This document shows, piece by piece, positions 31,146 through 32,000 of a DNA stretch of 32,000 bases. The notes under the pieces are model-generated. The model ran no database searches. It was not told the DNA's origin and saw nothing but the letters and a program-made list of their open reading frames with translations. This DNA is from Paramicrosporidium saccamoebae KSL3 (Eukaryota > Fungi > Cryptomycota): contig MTSL01000095.1 in assembly GCA_002794465.1 (NCBI GenBank), forward strand, positions 22,172 to 54,171. The letters run 5' to 3'. Position 1 is the first letter of the stretch. The number at the start of each line of letters is the position of its first letter. Position numbers and translations under genes: made by a program.

Positions 31146-32000
31146 TTAGTAAATAGGAATGTCGACTGGAACATACGCATGATGGAAGTACATTTCAGCG
31201 TCCACTCCGGCAGCCTTGATGGGTGTGGATGTGGCTGTGGAGGTGATGGGAGTATGGTCAGTAGTAGTGCTCATCGTAGTAATGTCAGAGGTTGGAGTGT
31301 GCTCAGTAGTAGTTTGAGGTGTGGACGGCTGATCCGTTGTTTCTGTACTTTCCGTAGTCGGCGTAGTGGTGAACTCTGTTGTCTCGGTGGTCCCGGTAGT
31401 TGGATCAAACGTTTCAGTCGTGGAGTGTTCCGTAGTCTCGGTAGTATCAGTTGTAGAGTGTTCTGTAGTCTCGGTAGTTTCTGTGGTAGAGTGTTCTGTA
31501 GTCTCGGTAGTTTCTGTGGTAGAGTGTTCTGTAGTCTCCGTAGTTTCTGTTGTTGTAGGATGATTAGTCGTACTTGTGGTGGGATAATCAGTCGTCTCAG
31601 TCGTGCTTGGAGTAGAGGGTTCAGTCGTCGCCGTAGTCAAAGGAGTGCTCTCCGTTGTTACTGTAGTCGCTGTAGTAAATGAAGTCTCTGTAGTAGGAGT
31701 GGAAGTAGTCATAGTAGTAAGTGTGGTGGGCTCCATAGTGGTGGTCATAGGAGTAGTTGTTGAGATGGTAGTCAAGGTAGTCGGCTCTCCAGTAGTCTCT
31801 GTCGTCATCTCAGTGGTGCTCTCCTCCGTGGTGGACACTGGTGTGGTTTCCGTAGTATCTGTAGTGAATTCGGTGGTTTCTGTAGATTCTGTGGTAACAG
31901 GAGTAGTCTCCGTGGTAGTTTCTGATGTGGGCTCTGTTGTGATTGGAGTCGTCTCTGTAGTCGGAGCGGTGGTCGCTGTTGTTACCGGAGTCGTCTCTGT
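31146..32000 (-). CDS. Thr/Glu-rich mucin-like protein, 5' end outside window
   Basis: Frame open to position 32000; dominated by T/E/S/P (TTETTETTEHS repeats), consistent with an O-glycosylated surface or stalk region. The true C-terminus may be spliced. Confidence 0.82.
   Translation of the reverse strand, partial: TETTPVTTATTAPTTETTPITTEPTSETTTETTPVTTESTETTEFTTDTTETTPVSTTEESTTEMTTETTGEPTTLTTISTTTPMTTTMEPTTLTTMTTSTPTTETSFTTATTVTTESTPLTTATTEPSTPSTTETTDYPTTSTTNHPTTTETTETTEHSTTETTETTEHSTTETTETTEHSTTDTTETTEHSTTETFDPTTGTTETTEFTTTPTTESTETTDQPSTPQTTTEHTPTSDITTMSTTTDHTPITSTATSTPIKAAGVDAEMYFHHAYVPVDIPIY
31420..31551 (-). repeat. 4 x 33-bp coding tandem repeat (TTETTETTEHS)
   Basis: Plus-strand units gtagagtgttctgtagtctcggtagtttctgtg at 31420, 31453, 31486 and 31519. 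Confidence 0.95.

Noticed and set aside
507-31682. Numerous 60-170 aa antisense or overlapping ORFs in the track (for example 12349-12825, 27351-27779, 31179-31682)
   Set aside because: They are shadows of well-supported genes on the other strand or frame and have no independent motifs.
1-32000. Selenoprotein candidates (in-frame TGA in a redox motif), SECIS or tRNA-Sec near PSTK
   Set aside because: None recognised by eye in this window; a computational search is needed, so their absence here is not evidence either way.

Overview
Compact eukaryotic (fungal-grade) genomic DNA, not prokaryotic. About 24 genes are tightly packed, and 18 GT-AG introns of only 29-35 nt were reconstructed by hand. 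This architecture fits an early-diverging fungal relative such as a rozellid or Paramicrosporidium-like organism; that assignment is inference and was not verified. Conserved genes: a CTC1-like CST subunit, an HD hydrolase, P5C reductase, a CoA Nudix hydrolase ending in SKL, a cNMP-LRR protein, RNase P p30, an F-box/WD40 protein, SMARCAL1, an ANTH-only adaptor and PSTK. They are interleaved with lineage-specific secretory-pathway genes: two signal-peptide microproteins, an S33 peptidase fusion, three tandem SP-TM-RING-H2 ligases, a secreted ankyrin-like protein, three GH47 mannosidase paralogs (one intact, two catalytically degenerate) and a Thr-rich mucin. Highlights are a PSTK (selenocysteine pathway) gene whose start codon overlaps the start of an ANTH gene missed by the ORF track, the GH47 enzyme/pseudoenzyme cluster, and the RING triplet with hidden signal-peptide exons. 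No rRNA, tRNA, CRISPR array or recognisable transposon was seen. All family assignments come from motif recognition by eye; no database search was run.
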